Source of the DNA: Ylistrum balloti | Lineage: Eukaryota | Assembly (NCBI RefSeq): GCF_031769215.1 | Contig: NW_026782000.1 | Coordinates: forward strand, 186,001 to 250,000 | Length of the DNA stretch: 64,000 bases | Reading direction: 5' to 3' | In this document: positions 1 through 27,186 of the stretch, piece by piece | How the letters are laid out: every line of letters starts with the position of its first letter | Numbering within the stretch: position 1 is the first letter of the stretch | Notes under the pieces: model-generated | Databases searched by the model: none | What the model was told of the DNA's origin: nothing | Seen by the model: the letters and a program-made list of their open reading frames with translations, nothing else | Program-made: the position numbers and the translations under genes

Positions 1-535
1 TTTTAATAAGTATTCTACTTCCTCAAAACCTAAGCACCACTGGCAAAATGAGTTCAAAGAGTTTAAGGATTTTATTGAAATTCAATCTGATTACATCATT
101 ATTACAGGGTTTAAAATGAGTCTCCATGCATAAATTTGGCATCGAAAAACAATTCATGACCTACATCCTGATCCAAATCAACTTGACTGGAAAGTGAACT
201 GAGCTTTTACATCGTCAATAGGTGAAAAGAGTGTTTTGATTAGTTAAAAACATATGAGTGAAAAAACAAATTGTGTAGATCTTCGTTTTTGTTGAATTTT
301 TATTGATATTCGATAATGACATCACTTTTAGACTCCAATTACTTTAGAATGAGGATAGCATGTTTGCTTATATGCATATATAATGAATTTTCTCCTTTTA
401 ACATTTGAATTTGTCTTGTGTTAAAACCAAAATTAATGATATAATCTCCATAAAAACAAGCATAATATTCCCTAAATATAACAAAGGACTGAATTTTACG
501 TACAACTTCTGATCCAACAAACTTGTGATACCAAC

Positions 536-3500
536 CTTTATCACAGTATGTAAACAGGCCAGGGCACACTGCCTGACCTTTGTGTGGTATGACCTCATTC
601 TTGAACCTTGACCTCCATCAGTGTCCGAATAATCTGAATCAGAACTACTAATCTTTGCCCAGACTGGCCTGTTGTCAACTGGTACTTCTAATCCAGCAGT
701 CATTGATGACCCTTGACCTTCACTGTGAACAACATCTCCATCTAAGGTCAATGTCTTCTCATCACCATCCTGATATTTACTCTGTTTCTCTGGTGATTTC
801 TTTGCTTTTTTCTTTTTTGTTTTTTTACTAGTTTGTGACCTAGCTGTACCCTGGGTGTCCTCTTCTGTTTTTTGGTCCCCTTGTGCAGCTGCTTGTTTGA
901 AAGGTGGCACAGCATATTGACTAAGAGGTGTGGGGTAGAGTCGCTCAGGAACACTCACTGGCAAACTGGACACACCATGAAACATGTAGGTCTAAATTTC
1001 GAAAAGACATAAAAAAAAAAAACAATACTGTATAAAAAAACAATAATGGATGATATCGGAAAGCTATAAATGCATTTGCTGCAAGAAAAGTAAATGTGCA
1101 TCACTGGAAAATTTGGAAAGGATCATGGAGACCTTGGGTCACTCTCCTTGAGGAATTATTTTTCATCTGCAGAATGGATAAAGTTTAACTCTTGGCAGTG
1201 TAATTATTATCCTGGTAAGATGAAAAATTAAATCATTAAAGCTGAACATTTCTGGTCACTAAACAATAAACGGAAGCATTTTTGATATAAACACAGCCTT
1301 ATTGCAGAAAATTTAAAATATGATGCCAAATAAAATTCATTACAATACACCAGAAACAGTTTATATACAGTATTGTGATTTTAATGATATTTCAAATCAA
1401 TTTCCCATCAACATGATTTTAGATTAATGACTTGATAAACTGACTTACTCGGACTCCAGCTAGTAGATAGCCAAGCTGATCTGTTGGCATCACCTTGGAG
1501 GCTGCCAACAGATTCTGTAGACCTCGTAACGCACAAATCAACACCTTAAATACAAAATATGATCTGATTAAGCAAAATAATTCCAAATATCAAAGTATGA
1601 TTATAAAATGATGTACTAATTTCTTTTAGTATTTGCACCAAAATCTTCACATTACGAGGTAGATGCAAAAGTTACAAATCCAGAACATGTCAAAATGTAA
1701 GTTTTTCTTTCTAAAACACCTTGGTGGAACTCCATGAAAGGAGGATTAAATTCAACACTGATCCAATACCAAATATCAGTACCTTGGTACAAAATATGTG
1801 TGATGTGCCAGTGTCTTCCTTAACTTGCATCAAAATCTTAATTAGATACAAAAAAACTGAGCTCCAAAGCATGTTAATAATCCTTTAAATCAACTCTAGA
1901 AAAGGATAGTTTAAACCCCATGGGTACCTCAATTAAAATATCACTGTCCTAATGCAATTTGTTGTATTTCATCACTTGCACCAAACTCTGAACATTTAAC
2001 TAGGGTTCAAATCAACTTTCTAAATTTAAGACTTAATTGCCCAACCTTGATGATGCTTCAGACATTTGAATGAAATCCATTTAAGCATTAAGAAAGAGCA
2101 GCCTTTTGAAGTAAAAATTTTGACTAACTTTCCCATTTAGAGCCCCATCCCTAGGGACTGAATCAACTTTCTGAATTTAAGATATGATAATTCACCTGCA
2201 ATGATGTTTCAGATTGAATTTGATTAAAATCTACCCATGTATGAAGAAAGAGTAGCGTTTTGAAGCAAATTCTCAGTTTTGAGCACTGCCCCTAGTTCCC
2301 TTGGGGTCAAATCCACTTCCTGAATTTAAGAAATGATTCCCAAACAAAAACAATATTTCAGACCACCTTTGGTTAAATCCTTTCAAAGCATTAAGGAAGG
2401 GTAGAATTTTGCAGCAAAATTATGGACTAATGTTCCCATTATGGACCCTTTCTCCAGATCCCTAGAGGTTGAATTAATTGTCTGAGCTTAAGAGATGATT
2501 CCTCATTCACAATGATGTTTCAGACCACATTTGGTCTAAACCCATTCAAGTATTAAGGAATAGTAGCATTTTGAAGCAAAATTATGGACTAACTTTCCCA
2601 TTATGGGTTTGATTCTGAGAAATAATAATGCACATGCAAAAATGTTTCATACCAAATTTAGTTGAATTCTAACAACGCATTTAGAAAAAGTAGTGTTTTT
2701 AAGCATTGTATTGTCTAACTATCCTTTGGAACTCAGGTCCCTAGTAGCTGAATCAACTTTCTGAATTCAAGAATTAATTCCCCACCCCAAACGATGTTTC
2801 AAACCAAATTTGGTTAAAATCAGCAAAGTCATTAAGCAAGAGTATTGTTTTAAAGGAAAACTTTATGTACAGTCGACGGCACGTGATGACAGACAGTGCA
2901 CAATAGCAAAAGGTCATCTTGACCTTGCAGGTCAGATGACCTAAAATCTAATGGCAACACCAGAGTGACAAGGATGGAAGTGGCGAGCTTAAATACCTAT
3001 TAAATACAAATATATTCTGAATCATATTGGAGTCTGCAACTATACCTAGAACCAAGTTTGATCAGAAAATATAAAAATCATTTTGGATAAGTAGATTTTT
3101 ACACAAAACATCATAGTGATTATATCACCTTGCACTGCGTATTCATCTCCATCTTTGTTACTGGGACAGCATGTAGAATATTCATAAACACTTCAAAGCA
3201 TGTCAAAGAGTGATGATCCTCTAGATAAGACTGGCCCGCCACTCTGTAACATTAAACACAATCAAAACTATAAATAACAAGGTGTGATGATCCTCTAGAT
3301 AAGACTGGCCCGCCACTCTGTAACATTAAACATAATAAACACATCAAAACTATAAATAACAAGGTGTGATGATCCTCTAGATAAGACTGGCCCGCCACTC
3401 TGTAACATTAAACACAATCAAAATCAAAACTTTAAAAAACAATGTGATATGATCAGCTAGATAAGACTGGCCCGCCACTCTGTAACATTAAACACAATCA

Positions 3501-6500
3501 TCAAAACTTTAAATAACAAGGTGTGATGATCCTCTAGATAAGACTGGCCCGCCACTCTGTAACATTAAACACAATCATCAAAACTATAAATAACAAGGTG
3601 TGATGATCCTCTCAAAACTATAAATAACAAGGTGTGAGACTGGCCCGCCACTCTGTAACATTAAACACAATCATCAAAACTATAAATAACAAGGTGTGAT
3701 GATCCTCTAGATAAGACTGGCCCGCCACTCTGTAACATTAAACACAATCATCAAAACTATAAATAACAAGGTGTGATGATCCTCTAGATAAGACTGGCCC
3801 GCCACTCTGTAACATTAAACACAATCAAAACTATAAATAACAAGGTGTGATGATCCTCTAGATAAGACTGGCCCGCCACTCTGTAACATTAAACACAATC
3901 ATCAAAACTATAAATAACAAAAAGTGATGATCGTCTAGGGAAGTCTGGCTCACCACTCAATAACATTACAAAATATGGTCATCATCCAGATATTTTAAAG
4001 ATTTTGGCATTGTTCATAGGAAACTATCAGATTCTGTTAAATCAAATCATAAGCTTGGCATGGCATATTAACTAGTGATGAGACAATGATTGGATATAAT
4101 CGATTATCTAATTATTTATGATGATCGACTACAATTTTTCAAAATGGATCATTGGTACCTCAATATTTTCGTATATTTCAGCAAAAAACAATATTCATAT
4201 CATGCATAATAAAAACGCCAACTGGCCATAATATTCATTCTTGTGTCAATTCCAGGCAAGTGAGGTATTTTAGGTTAAAGTTACAAAAATTTAAAATATT
4301 ACTGCAACAGTGAATGCTATGAATATTGAACATACAGTCAGCTGATTATGTAATTGATTAACAACCTCAGAAATGTTGTTCGATTTTAACTTATAATCAA
4401 TTATGGATTTCAACTGATTTCCCATAACTAATATCAATGTATTTAAATTGGACTTACTTTATAGTCAGGTTCTCAATACACTGGATGACCCCTCGTAAGA
4501 CATCCTCGTCACCTCCCTTCTCCGACAACAGTGGAATCAGTACACCATGATGTTTGTTGAGCAGTGTGTCATGGTACTGTAAGAAAACGTGTTGTGATAT
4601 CACACTCTATAACTAAATAATTTTCCTGTATACTTGCAAACAACAATAAGAAAGGTAAATGACTTAATGTTATGCATTTTGACTGAAGCAAACCTTCGAA
4701 TATCAGCCATATTGGATTGTGGCCCTTGGATTGAACCGGAAGAAGATGTCCTATATGTGAAAAAGACTACCTTATATGGTAATTGTAGTTAAACTTATTC
4801 TGGATTCTAACAAACATTAATTGATCTGAATATCCCATATTCTCTCTAAAAGACAATATCTGAGAATGTTATGTCAAAGTGCACACCTAGCCAAGCATCA
4901 CAATGGAGATACAAGGTGCCAGCAGAAACAGTAAAAAAATTACACTGAGGGTAGATATTTTACTTCAACAGCTGAATTGGTCTGAAATCAATATGCCATC
5001 AATAATGAGGAGTCATAATAGGAGAAAAGTTGTAAAAAAACAAAAATTGTAAAAACTATATTTACAAAGCATTAAACCATGCCTTGTAATATGTCAAGCA
5101 ACATCTATTCCAATTTTGTCAAAATATCAAAAAATAAAAATTTCAGATTGCCTGTAATCCAATAAATCTTTTCCTTACTTTGAGTCAAAGGTTTTGTGTT
5201 GGATTCCTAAGGTTTTATTTAAGAAGACAACTAGAGGTAACTATAGCTTTCGAAAGATCTGTGTCCTCACCTCATATAAGTGTGAAGATTCAATCTGACA
5301 AATGATATCTTAAATGCTATTTTGAATTTGATAATAACACTTTTTTGTACCTTTGTGAGTTGTCCACAGCATTCATATACCACTGCCCCCAGAGCCAATA
5401 AAATCTCTGACCGAGTCCAGGGCTGACATCTCTGTAGAGCTGATATCAGGTACTCAGTCACTAAATGCAGCGTCTGAACTGTAAGCTTCAGCTGAAATAA
5501 TTTCATTAATATCATTGTATTTTTCATAATGGTCGTACACATCTAGGTTATACTGAATCAATCACTAAAACAAAAGGATGCTTTATTAAAACCAAGTCAA
5601 TGAACTTTCCTTTGAAAAATATTACAAACGTAGGATGTATGGGGTATTGATATATTATACTGTTTTTAATAAGATTACATGTATTTTTATTTATTTCAGC
5701 ACCCAATCCAAATGCTGAAAGTTATGACTGAAATTTTCCAAAATTCTGGAAACATCACAAATCAATATACAAAATCTGTTTACATAGTAAAAGAAATTAA
5801 ACAATCTGTTTTAAGTGACAACAAATCAGATATAAATATACTGTATAAGTTATTGCGAGAAATATACATATATTCTATAATCAAATGAACCTGTAGTTTT
5901 GAAGATCTATCAATTTATTTATCATGGTCTAGAGCCAATGAATGTCAGAATTCCTGTCCTATAAAAAGTGAGAGTCACATCTGCATACTGACAGAAATTG
6001 TTGAAATAAAAAAATGACTTTTTTTCACAGTCAGACTAATTCACACTCATTAACTATACCTGCTGTTTTGCTGTAAAGTTGAAAATGGCTTGACAAATTT
6101 TAACCAGGAATCTTTCTTCATACAAAGGGACAACACTACAAAACTTTGTTATAAGTCTGTTGGCCTCCTACAAAATAAACATCCAGGAGATAAATATAAG
6201 TAATGTATTCTGACATTCAAATATTTTCCTCTAATTTACAAAATTCTTCAACATGTTTCAGTAAATAATTTTAATTAATGATTACATGTTTTTTTTTCTA
6301 ATTTACGAATGACTTCTAAAATATCTGTATATACTGCAATATACCTGCTAAAATATTGAACTGGCCTAGAGATAATTGATTTTAATAATCAAGATCAACT
6401 CGAATTTGATCATTTGGAAATTAATGCAACGTTAAAACCAGACAACCCATCGTGCGTTGCCATAGATAAAGTGGTTGTGATGATAGTTATTCAGCTGTGT

Positions 6501-6845
6501 TTTGCGTTATGAATGATAACAATTATTGGCGAATGCAACTGTTTAGTTTAAATAACTTGTCCGATTAAAGTAATTTATAAGGCTGTTTCTGTGTTGCTAA
6601 TAAACAAAAAGTCCATTTATAACTGTGACTCATTTCAGTCATCACTTTATCATCTCTGAACTATAAAAGCATACATCTTCTCTGACGATCCGTGTATAAT
6701 ATTCCATTGAATTAATTTCGTCCAAAAGTAAATTGAAGTTTGTTCTCGATGCTTCATCATCTTGGCGATAATGGAATCCATTCAAACGCGTGAAACACTG
6801 GAAAAATCGTTCTCTTTCAGTACCAGTGCCGTCTGCGTCCTCCAT
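536..6845 (-). CDS. HEATR6: HEAT repeat-containing protein 6, 5' part (7 coding exons; gene continues left of the window)
   Basis: Exons read manually, all GT-AG and phase-compatible: 6845-6675 (ATG; MEDADG...IVRED), 6167-6060 (EANRLITKFCSVVPLYEERFLVKICQAIFNF), 5491-5351 (SALQRCQPWTRSEILLALGAVVY), 4576-4458 (DEDVLRGVIQCIENL), 3243-3129 (VAGQSYLEDHHSLTCFEVF), 1544-1449 (ALRGLQNLL...DQLG), 991-536 (MFHG...LYPTPLSQY...SSSDSDYSDTDGG...RSYHTKVRQCAL). These match my recollection of HEATR6 (SSWTHREILQALAALVY, LYPTPLPQY, SSSESDFSDAEGG...RSYQAKVRQGAL). The track start at 6863 is a GTG; the ATG is at 6845. Confidence 0.9.
1900..2946 (-). mobile_element. Helentron-type non-autonomous element (HINE-like) with internal ~150-170-bp tandem repeats
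   Basis: The minus-strand 5' end TTTTAGGTCATCTGACCTGCAAGGTCAAGATGACC forms the subterminal hairpin. Internal repeated units (GAATCAACTTTCTGAATTTAAG...ATGATGTTTCAGACC) are shared with the other copies. The 3' end is not resolved. Confidence 0.65.
3210..3970. repeat. Minisatellite of ~77-bp units overlapping the HEATR6 exon 5 acceptor
   Basis: Nine near-identical copies of GACTGGCCCGCCACTCTGTAAC (3229, 3303, 3385, 3465, 3542, 3638, 3715, 3792, 3866) plus one degenerate copy at about 3943. Confidence 0.95.
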
Positions 6846-7129
6846 GTTGCAAATCCGGCTCACTATTTTCGAGGCTTCTTTGGTTTGTTAAATGTTCCAT
6901 TAATATAAGTCTAGATGATGTCCGAATGCCAATACGGAGTTATCACTTATCATTAATGTGAGAACAAAACAAATAATAAAACAGTGATATTAAATGTTGA
7001 AGTAATGGTTATTTTTACCTTGATAAAAATTTAAAAAATGTATAATTTCAATAATATTATTGACTTATATTGATAACTTAAACAATTGTGAAGTATAACA
7101 AAATTAGCGTAATGAACACTCAATTCAAT
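6846..7129. promoter_or_regulatory. Bidirectional promoter shared by HEATR6 and COQ5
   Basis: Divergent ATGs at 6845 (minus) and 7130 (plus) with 284 bp between them. The COQ5 start context AATATGGCGGCG is a YY1-type motif. Confidence 0.75.
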
Positions 7130-21291
<14,162 letters not shown>

Positions 21292-21760
21292 GAATTCTGT
21301 AAACAAATGAGAGATTTCCGTCAACTCTAAGTGAGGTGGGGTTTGTCTGAAGTGGATCCTGTGCAAGCGGATTATGTTTTCTCTCAACTGACATTTTACT
21401 GGAATTATTTGGTTTCAGAAACAGTGTAAGGATTTTTTAATTGTTGAACACGTTTATTTATTTCTACGGTTTTGGTACCGAGGCGACATTGATGTTAATC
21501 ACCAGAGTATTGAACTTTACTGTTGAAATATTGTTTATCTTAATGTATTACAAATATGATCTCTGAAGATCTGATTTTTTATATTTATCCGACAATAATG
21601 CCATGGATCCAAGCTATCACTTCTTACTCAAAGTCAGGATTATTACAGGACAAGAAATAGCATTGATTATTAAATTTACTGAATGTAAAGTAATCATGGG
21701 TAGGCTTATTGAAGGATAGGCTTATTGTGATAAAGATACAATAGTTTTCTTTGTCTCTAG

Positions 21761-22051
21761 TTTTTAGGTCATCTGACTGAAGCGTCTGATGACCTATTGC
21801 GATCACCTTTTGTCCGCCATCATCCATCATAAACATTTTCAACTTCTCCTCAAGTTATACATGTCTCATTGAGCTGAAACTTACCTGAAATGATCGTGTC
21901 ATGATCCTGACCAAAGTTTGTTAATTTCGGGTTGGTCCGAAATCCAACATGGCCGCCATCTTGAAAACACATTTTCAACTTCTTATCAAGTTCAAAATTT
22001 GAAATCTTTTATTTTATGTCAGATGACCGTTAAGGCCCATGGGCCTATTGT
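21761..22051 (+). mobile_element. Minimal HINE-like element (no internal array), in the putative COQ5 3'UTR
   Basis: 5' TTTTTAGGTCATCTGAC...CTGATGACC hairpin, (CCAT)n-like microsatellite, 3' GTCAGATGACC (22018) and AGGCCCATGGGCCT (22033-22046). Confidence 0.8.
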
Positions 22052-22340
22052 CTTAAGTTCTTTGCCTTGTAAGATGAAGTAGATGTCGCGTAACAGTACG
22101 TGGAAATTCGAAAGCTTTGGATTTTAAAGATTGGTTGTATGGATGATACCACAGCTGTCATAGATGAAGAATTTATATTGATACTGGTTTATAACTTTAG
22201 CTCTAAACTTTGCTAATTGTAACCTCTGGAAGTTTGATGGTTTATTTGTCCTTAACACTCAAGTGTGCCAATTGATTAACCCTGCTATAATGTTCAGATT
22301 ACTAGAATATATATTAATGATTGAAGAAATGTTATTTTGT

Positions 22341-22346
22341 AATAAA
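22341..22346 (+). terminator. Candidate COQ5 polyadenylation signal
   Basis: AATAAA about 1.05 kb after the stop codon, followed by U/GU-rich sequence. Confidence 0.4.
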
Positions 22347-22469
22347 GATGTCTTTGTAATATATCTACTGATTATGTGTTATTATGTGTGATAGGTTGTA
22401 TGGTATGCTGTGGTAAATTCTTATGTGGTATTTGCCAACAATTTCAGACCATGGTTTACCACAAGGTAT

Positions 22470-23110
22470 GCAGGTGAGAGAGAGATAGAAAGAGAGATGT
22501 CAGGGAGAGACAGACAGAGTGGGACAGACATCTAAACAGAGAGTTGGGAGTGGGAGCCCGAGAAAAGAGAGAGGAGGCAGCAACAAAGGAGAGAGACAAA
22601 GAAAAGAGACAGACAGAGAGGGGAGAGATGAAGAGACAGAATTGAGACATAGATGGGGGATACATAAATAGACACAAGATATAAATAGGATAAAGACAGA
22701 GATGGGAAGGTACAGAAAGAGGGAGAAACAGACATATGGAAGGAAGAGAGACAGAGATGGAAGACAGACAGACATAGATTGAGAAAATACAAAGATTGGA
22801 GAGACAAATAAAGCTATGGAGAACTGGAGAGATAAACAGAGACCAGAAGATTCAGGGACCAGGAAAGACAGAGATAGGGAGAGACAGACGGAGGGGAGAC
22901 ACAGGCAGACAGACGGAAGACACAGGCAGACAGAGGGGAGACACAGGCACACAGATGGGAGACGCAGGCAGACAGTGAGTTATAGACAGACAGAGGAGAG
23001 ACTGGCAAATAATGGGGATAGACAGACAGACTGAGGAGAGACACAGGCAGACAGTTGGGGAAAAGCAGAAGAGACACAAAGACAGGGAGGAAAGATGACA
23101 GACTGAGTGA
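22470..23110. repeat. Purine-rich GA/GACA cryptic microsatellite
   Basis: Strongly A+G-biased low-complexity tract. It accounts for all track ORFs at 22456-23079. Confidence 0.9.
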
Positions 23111-23839
23111 GGTAGAATGTCAATAACAATTTGTTATATCATTATGGGAGAACAGCATATTTTGTCTTTAATATGAGATTGCTAATATGCAATGTAATAA
23201 ATGGAACCATATGATACAGCTGTTTTGTCCTTAAGTAACATATCAGTGATACCAAATGGTGAAGGAATCAGCAACATTGGTACCATTCTATGGTCAGCCC
23301 CATTGTCTGCATTTTCTTTATATTGTACTGTTGAACACATAAATAATGACTGTAAAGTATATAACGGTAAATTTTATTTAACAACAAATATAGCAGGCTT
23401 TATAAATTTGTTCCACTCACAAATATCACATATAAAATCTAATAGTAAACTATAAGAAATCATAAATATAAAAGCTTTATAGTTGGCAAGAATGACCCTT
23501 GTCATCCCTTCCTTAGCACCATAGCATTGCTGTCTCATTGTCTCGGAAGTGCTCATTTTTGTTTAGAGGGAGGACAACTCTGATCAGAACTACATCAAGT
23601 AAAGAATACCACATTTCAATGTTTCAATCACTGTTCCGTCTATTTCCTGGTATATTTAGTAGCTGTAGCTAAAGAAAGTCCTACAAACTGCTACACTGTA
23701 CACATTCAAATCGAATAGGCGAACAATTATCACAAAAAGTAAAAACATGATTCTGTCTGACTGCATCTATATTCATAATCTCTGCAACGGATGGAAAAAG
23801 ATAATAACCGCCATCTTGATTACCGATAACTTCTTTCAC

Positions 23840-24154
<315 letters not shown>

Positions 24155-25541
24155 TCATCCAATTTTCAATATATCCCAACTCAGCATAATTTGAATTATT
24201 GATACAAAAAAAACCTAAAGAATTTTGACGAGTTCTGTACGAGTGATTTTATTCTGGCTTCCACGAACTTTAAGAAGGAATTTGCCTCTTTCACTTAGTG
24301 AAATTATACATCATGATAAATTGACTTGATGAAAACTGGAAAGTGATTTTTTAACATTTTGATTTTGGTCCATTATTTTGTGTTAATTTTAATCTATCAC
24401 TGTGAATTCCGCGAAAACAAAGAAAGCTGAACCCCTTGTCCGTCACGGAAGAAATGACCAACTCAATGGAGTTTAATTTATTAAAGATGTACAGTGAATA
24501 TCAGATCAATTTTGTTCCTGGAAAATGTCAGCAGAAATGTCGTTTCATATGACATGGTGAGTCACTACAGATTCAATGATATATTCATTTGTAGAAATAC
24601 AAGTGAAACTCGGCCTTACCACAAATTCAGATATAAGCGAATGTAAAATCTATGTCTGTAACATAACATTATGTATTTCTAAATTGCTCGTCGTAAATAT
24701 TGCATAACTTATGGTCGTTCCCAACACCACAGTGCCAAACGCATACACACAAATAGTAGTAATTCTACAATTACGCAATGCACGTTGTCCTATACGAATT
24801 AAGATATCAGTGATATACAAGGAAATAGAAGGTTAAATTTAGATCGCACATCCTGTTGAATCATTACAACGGGCGCTAGGTCGTACAAAGCCTGGTAAGC
24901 TTTACGACTCGTTACTGCATATTCTGTTCCAACTTAGAATCTCAATCACTTTCAAACCAATTATTTTTCACTTATTTCTTCTAGTCTCTAATATACTGTT
25001 TTTATTTCTGGTCTTTCGTTTCTAGTTTTAGATATATTACGTTATTGTGATTTCCTGTAAAGCTTAAATGAGTTTGAAAACATGGGCCCACAGCAGACGT
25101 AAGGGCCCGACACGGAAGGCAAGCTATGATATTTTGTATATATGGGAAGAAGGTTATATATGTACAGTATAACAAAGTATCTAGAAAACAAACAAAAAAC
25201 CGAGGGTTTGTGCCCGAAAAAAACCCTGAAATTAGTGGCATTTATGGTACTACAGAGATATTCAATATATTTCTTCATGACACATGTGCACGATCATAAA
25301 TACTTAACGATGTACATGTAATCTCTATGCACTTTGTGTCCGAGACACAGCTTTACATATTTAACATTGATTGTAGCTGTTCTGCGTGTAGATACATCAA
25401 ATGATAATAATTTCGACGCTTTCAGAAAAGTTATAAAAGTTAAATGTATCAAATAAAGTTACTTAAAGTGAGAGAAAGAAACAATTTTTACCTTTTTTCG
25501 CTGATTTTCCACAATGCTGTATGATGAAAGGGCAAAAAGTG

Positions 25542-25681
25542 ATGGCAACATTTGCCACAAGCATCCATGGACGCACTTTCAATTTCATTCATTGGCTAGA
25601 CACATTTCTACCATTTGACGAAATGAACGAGATTCCTTAGAGTCATATATCGAACCACAATTCACTGGGTTTTAGCAGACG
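25542..25681 (-). promoter_or_regulatory. LC8-A promoter module
   Basis: Plus-strand order: ATGGCAAC 25542, ATGGACGC 25567, ATTGG 25591, GTCATATATCGAACCACAA 25642, TAGCAGACG 25673. Lies just upstream of the exon 1 donor. Confidence 0.7.
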
Positions 25682-26149
25682 GCGCCGTATATTTCACGGG
25701 AAAACAGCCGTTCAACAAACGGCGGCTCATGTTCTTTCACGCGGATGAGGTAAAATTGATGAAAGCTTTAACAGGCCAGCTTATCGACAGCACATAGACT
25801 AGCATCGTTGCTATGACAATCTGACTTGAATAGTTAGAAATTTTCCATTGCGAAGCTTTTATCATCTGTTCACACATCCATCATTTGACGACTGCCTGCT
25901 GAAACACATTACGATCTTATTGGCATTAAGTGTGATCATCGATTACACCTGCACACATTCTTACGTGTGTGTTTTAAGACCTCTAGTGATTCAAAAAGAT
26001 CATCTAATATTTTCAATATATTATATATTGTACAAAGTCTTCGCTAATGTTAACTTATATTACGATTATATATTAATCACAACAACAGTCATCGCCTGTT
26101 AGGCTAGTGTCACAAGTGAGACTCCCAAAACTCCAATCTGAACGTTTAT

Positions 26150-26480
26150 TATTGACGCCGTGCTGTGGTGTTTGATGCCGTTGTATTATACATTGTTCCC
26201 ATTTGAGAACGTGACATTACTTACCTTGAATGACCAAAATTTACTTGGCGGGTGTCATCAATGAAACGGAAGACGCTTACTCTTCCAGAGCAACCGGTCT
26301 TATTCTCCTTGTACTTTTTCAGGAGCCCCCGTGTACATTTGTCTTTTGTCCAGATTATATTTTTTTGTTGACATGTCGGTACTTTCTTAATTTTTTCCCC
26401 CCAAAAAATATACTCACTAACCCCACCCCAACCCTTCCTGTTCCAACTCAATGTTTTGTTTTTAAGTTTCCGTTTGTGTT
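26150..26480 (+). mobile_element. 3' non-coding segment of a Penelope-like/retroposon family
   Basis: GAGAACGTGAC...GAATGACCAA...GCGGGTGTCATCAATGAAACGGAAGACGCTTAC...GGTCTTATTCTCC is shared with 57270-57390, which follows a PLE RT relic. Confidence 0.55.
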
Positions 26481-26837
26481 AGCCACATACACGCCTCCTT
26501 TAGTCTGGCTGCTTTTCGCGCATGAGCAAACGTTTAGACATAAACTTTAACAACATCATTTAGCTCACCCTCTTACCATTCACTTATGTGTCATTTGTAC
26601 AAAGGGTATTGTGTCATCAACAGGGACGCATTAATAACTAATACAGAAGTCCTCACGTAAGAAGGCTTTTATTTAGCACAGACATATACACTTGTACTCT
26701 GTTGACTTTCAGATGAATAGTATTACGCTGAAAGTCCGTTTTCTTGTACCTTGGAGTTACAGAGCAAGTTTTCTGTATTTCTATCCCCAATCCTAACTTG
26801 CACAGGGCCGGCGGAACGAGTGGGGGAGTGAGGGCTA

Positions 26838-26875
<38 letters not shown>

Positions 26876-27186
26876 CTTTAGCCTAGCCACTACCACCACC
26901 CCCAATAATTTTGTCAACATAAAAATAAAAATTTCAAATTGTGCACATGATATTTAATATTCAATGAATATAGTATATATATTCATTTCTTTGAATCATA
27001 TCGTTGAAATATTTCACTCTTCATAATATGAAAAGTTTAACTTGATCTTATCGAACAAAGAAACTATGCGAAATCAGTCATCTGATGTGAAGTTTCCAAA
27101 TACCCTCTCGCGGTTTTCATTGTTTACAAATTCATTTGCAACATCAACGGAATTAATAGATGCAGTCGCCTCTTTGTGGACATGAA

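Noticed and set aside
22456-23079. ORFs rich in CLSL or ETDR
   Set aside because: Artefacts of the GA/GACA low-complexity tract.
26723-26920. Poly-proline ORF
   Set aside because: Antisense reading of the poly-G run in a transposon end; the homopolymer length is also unreliable.
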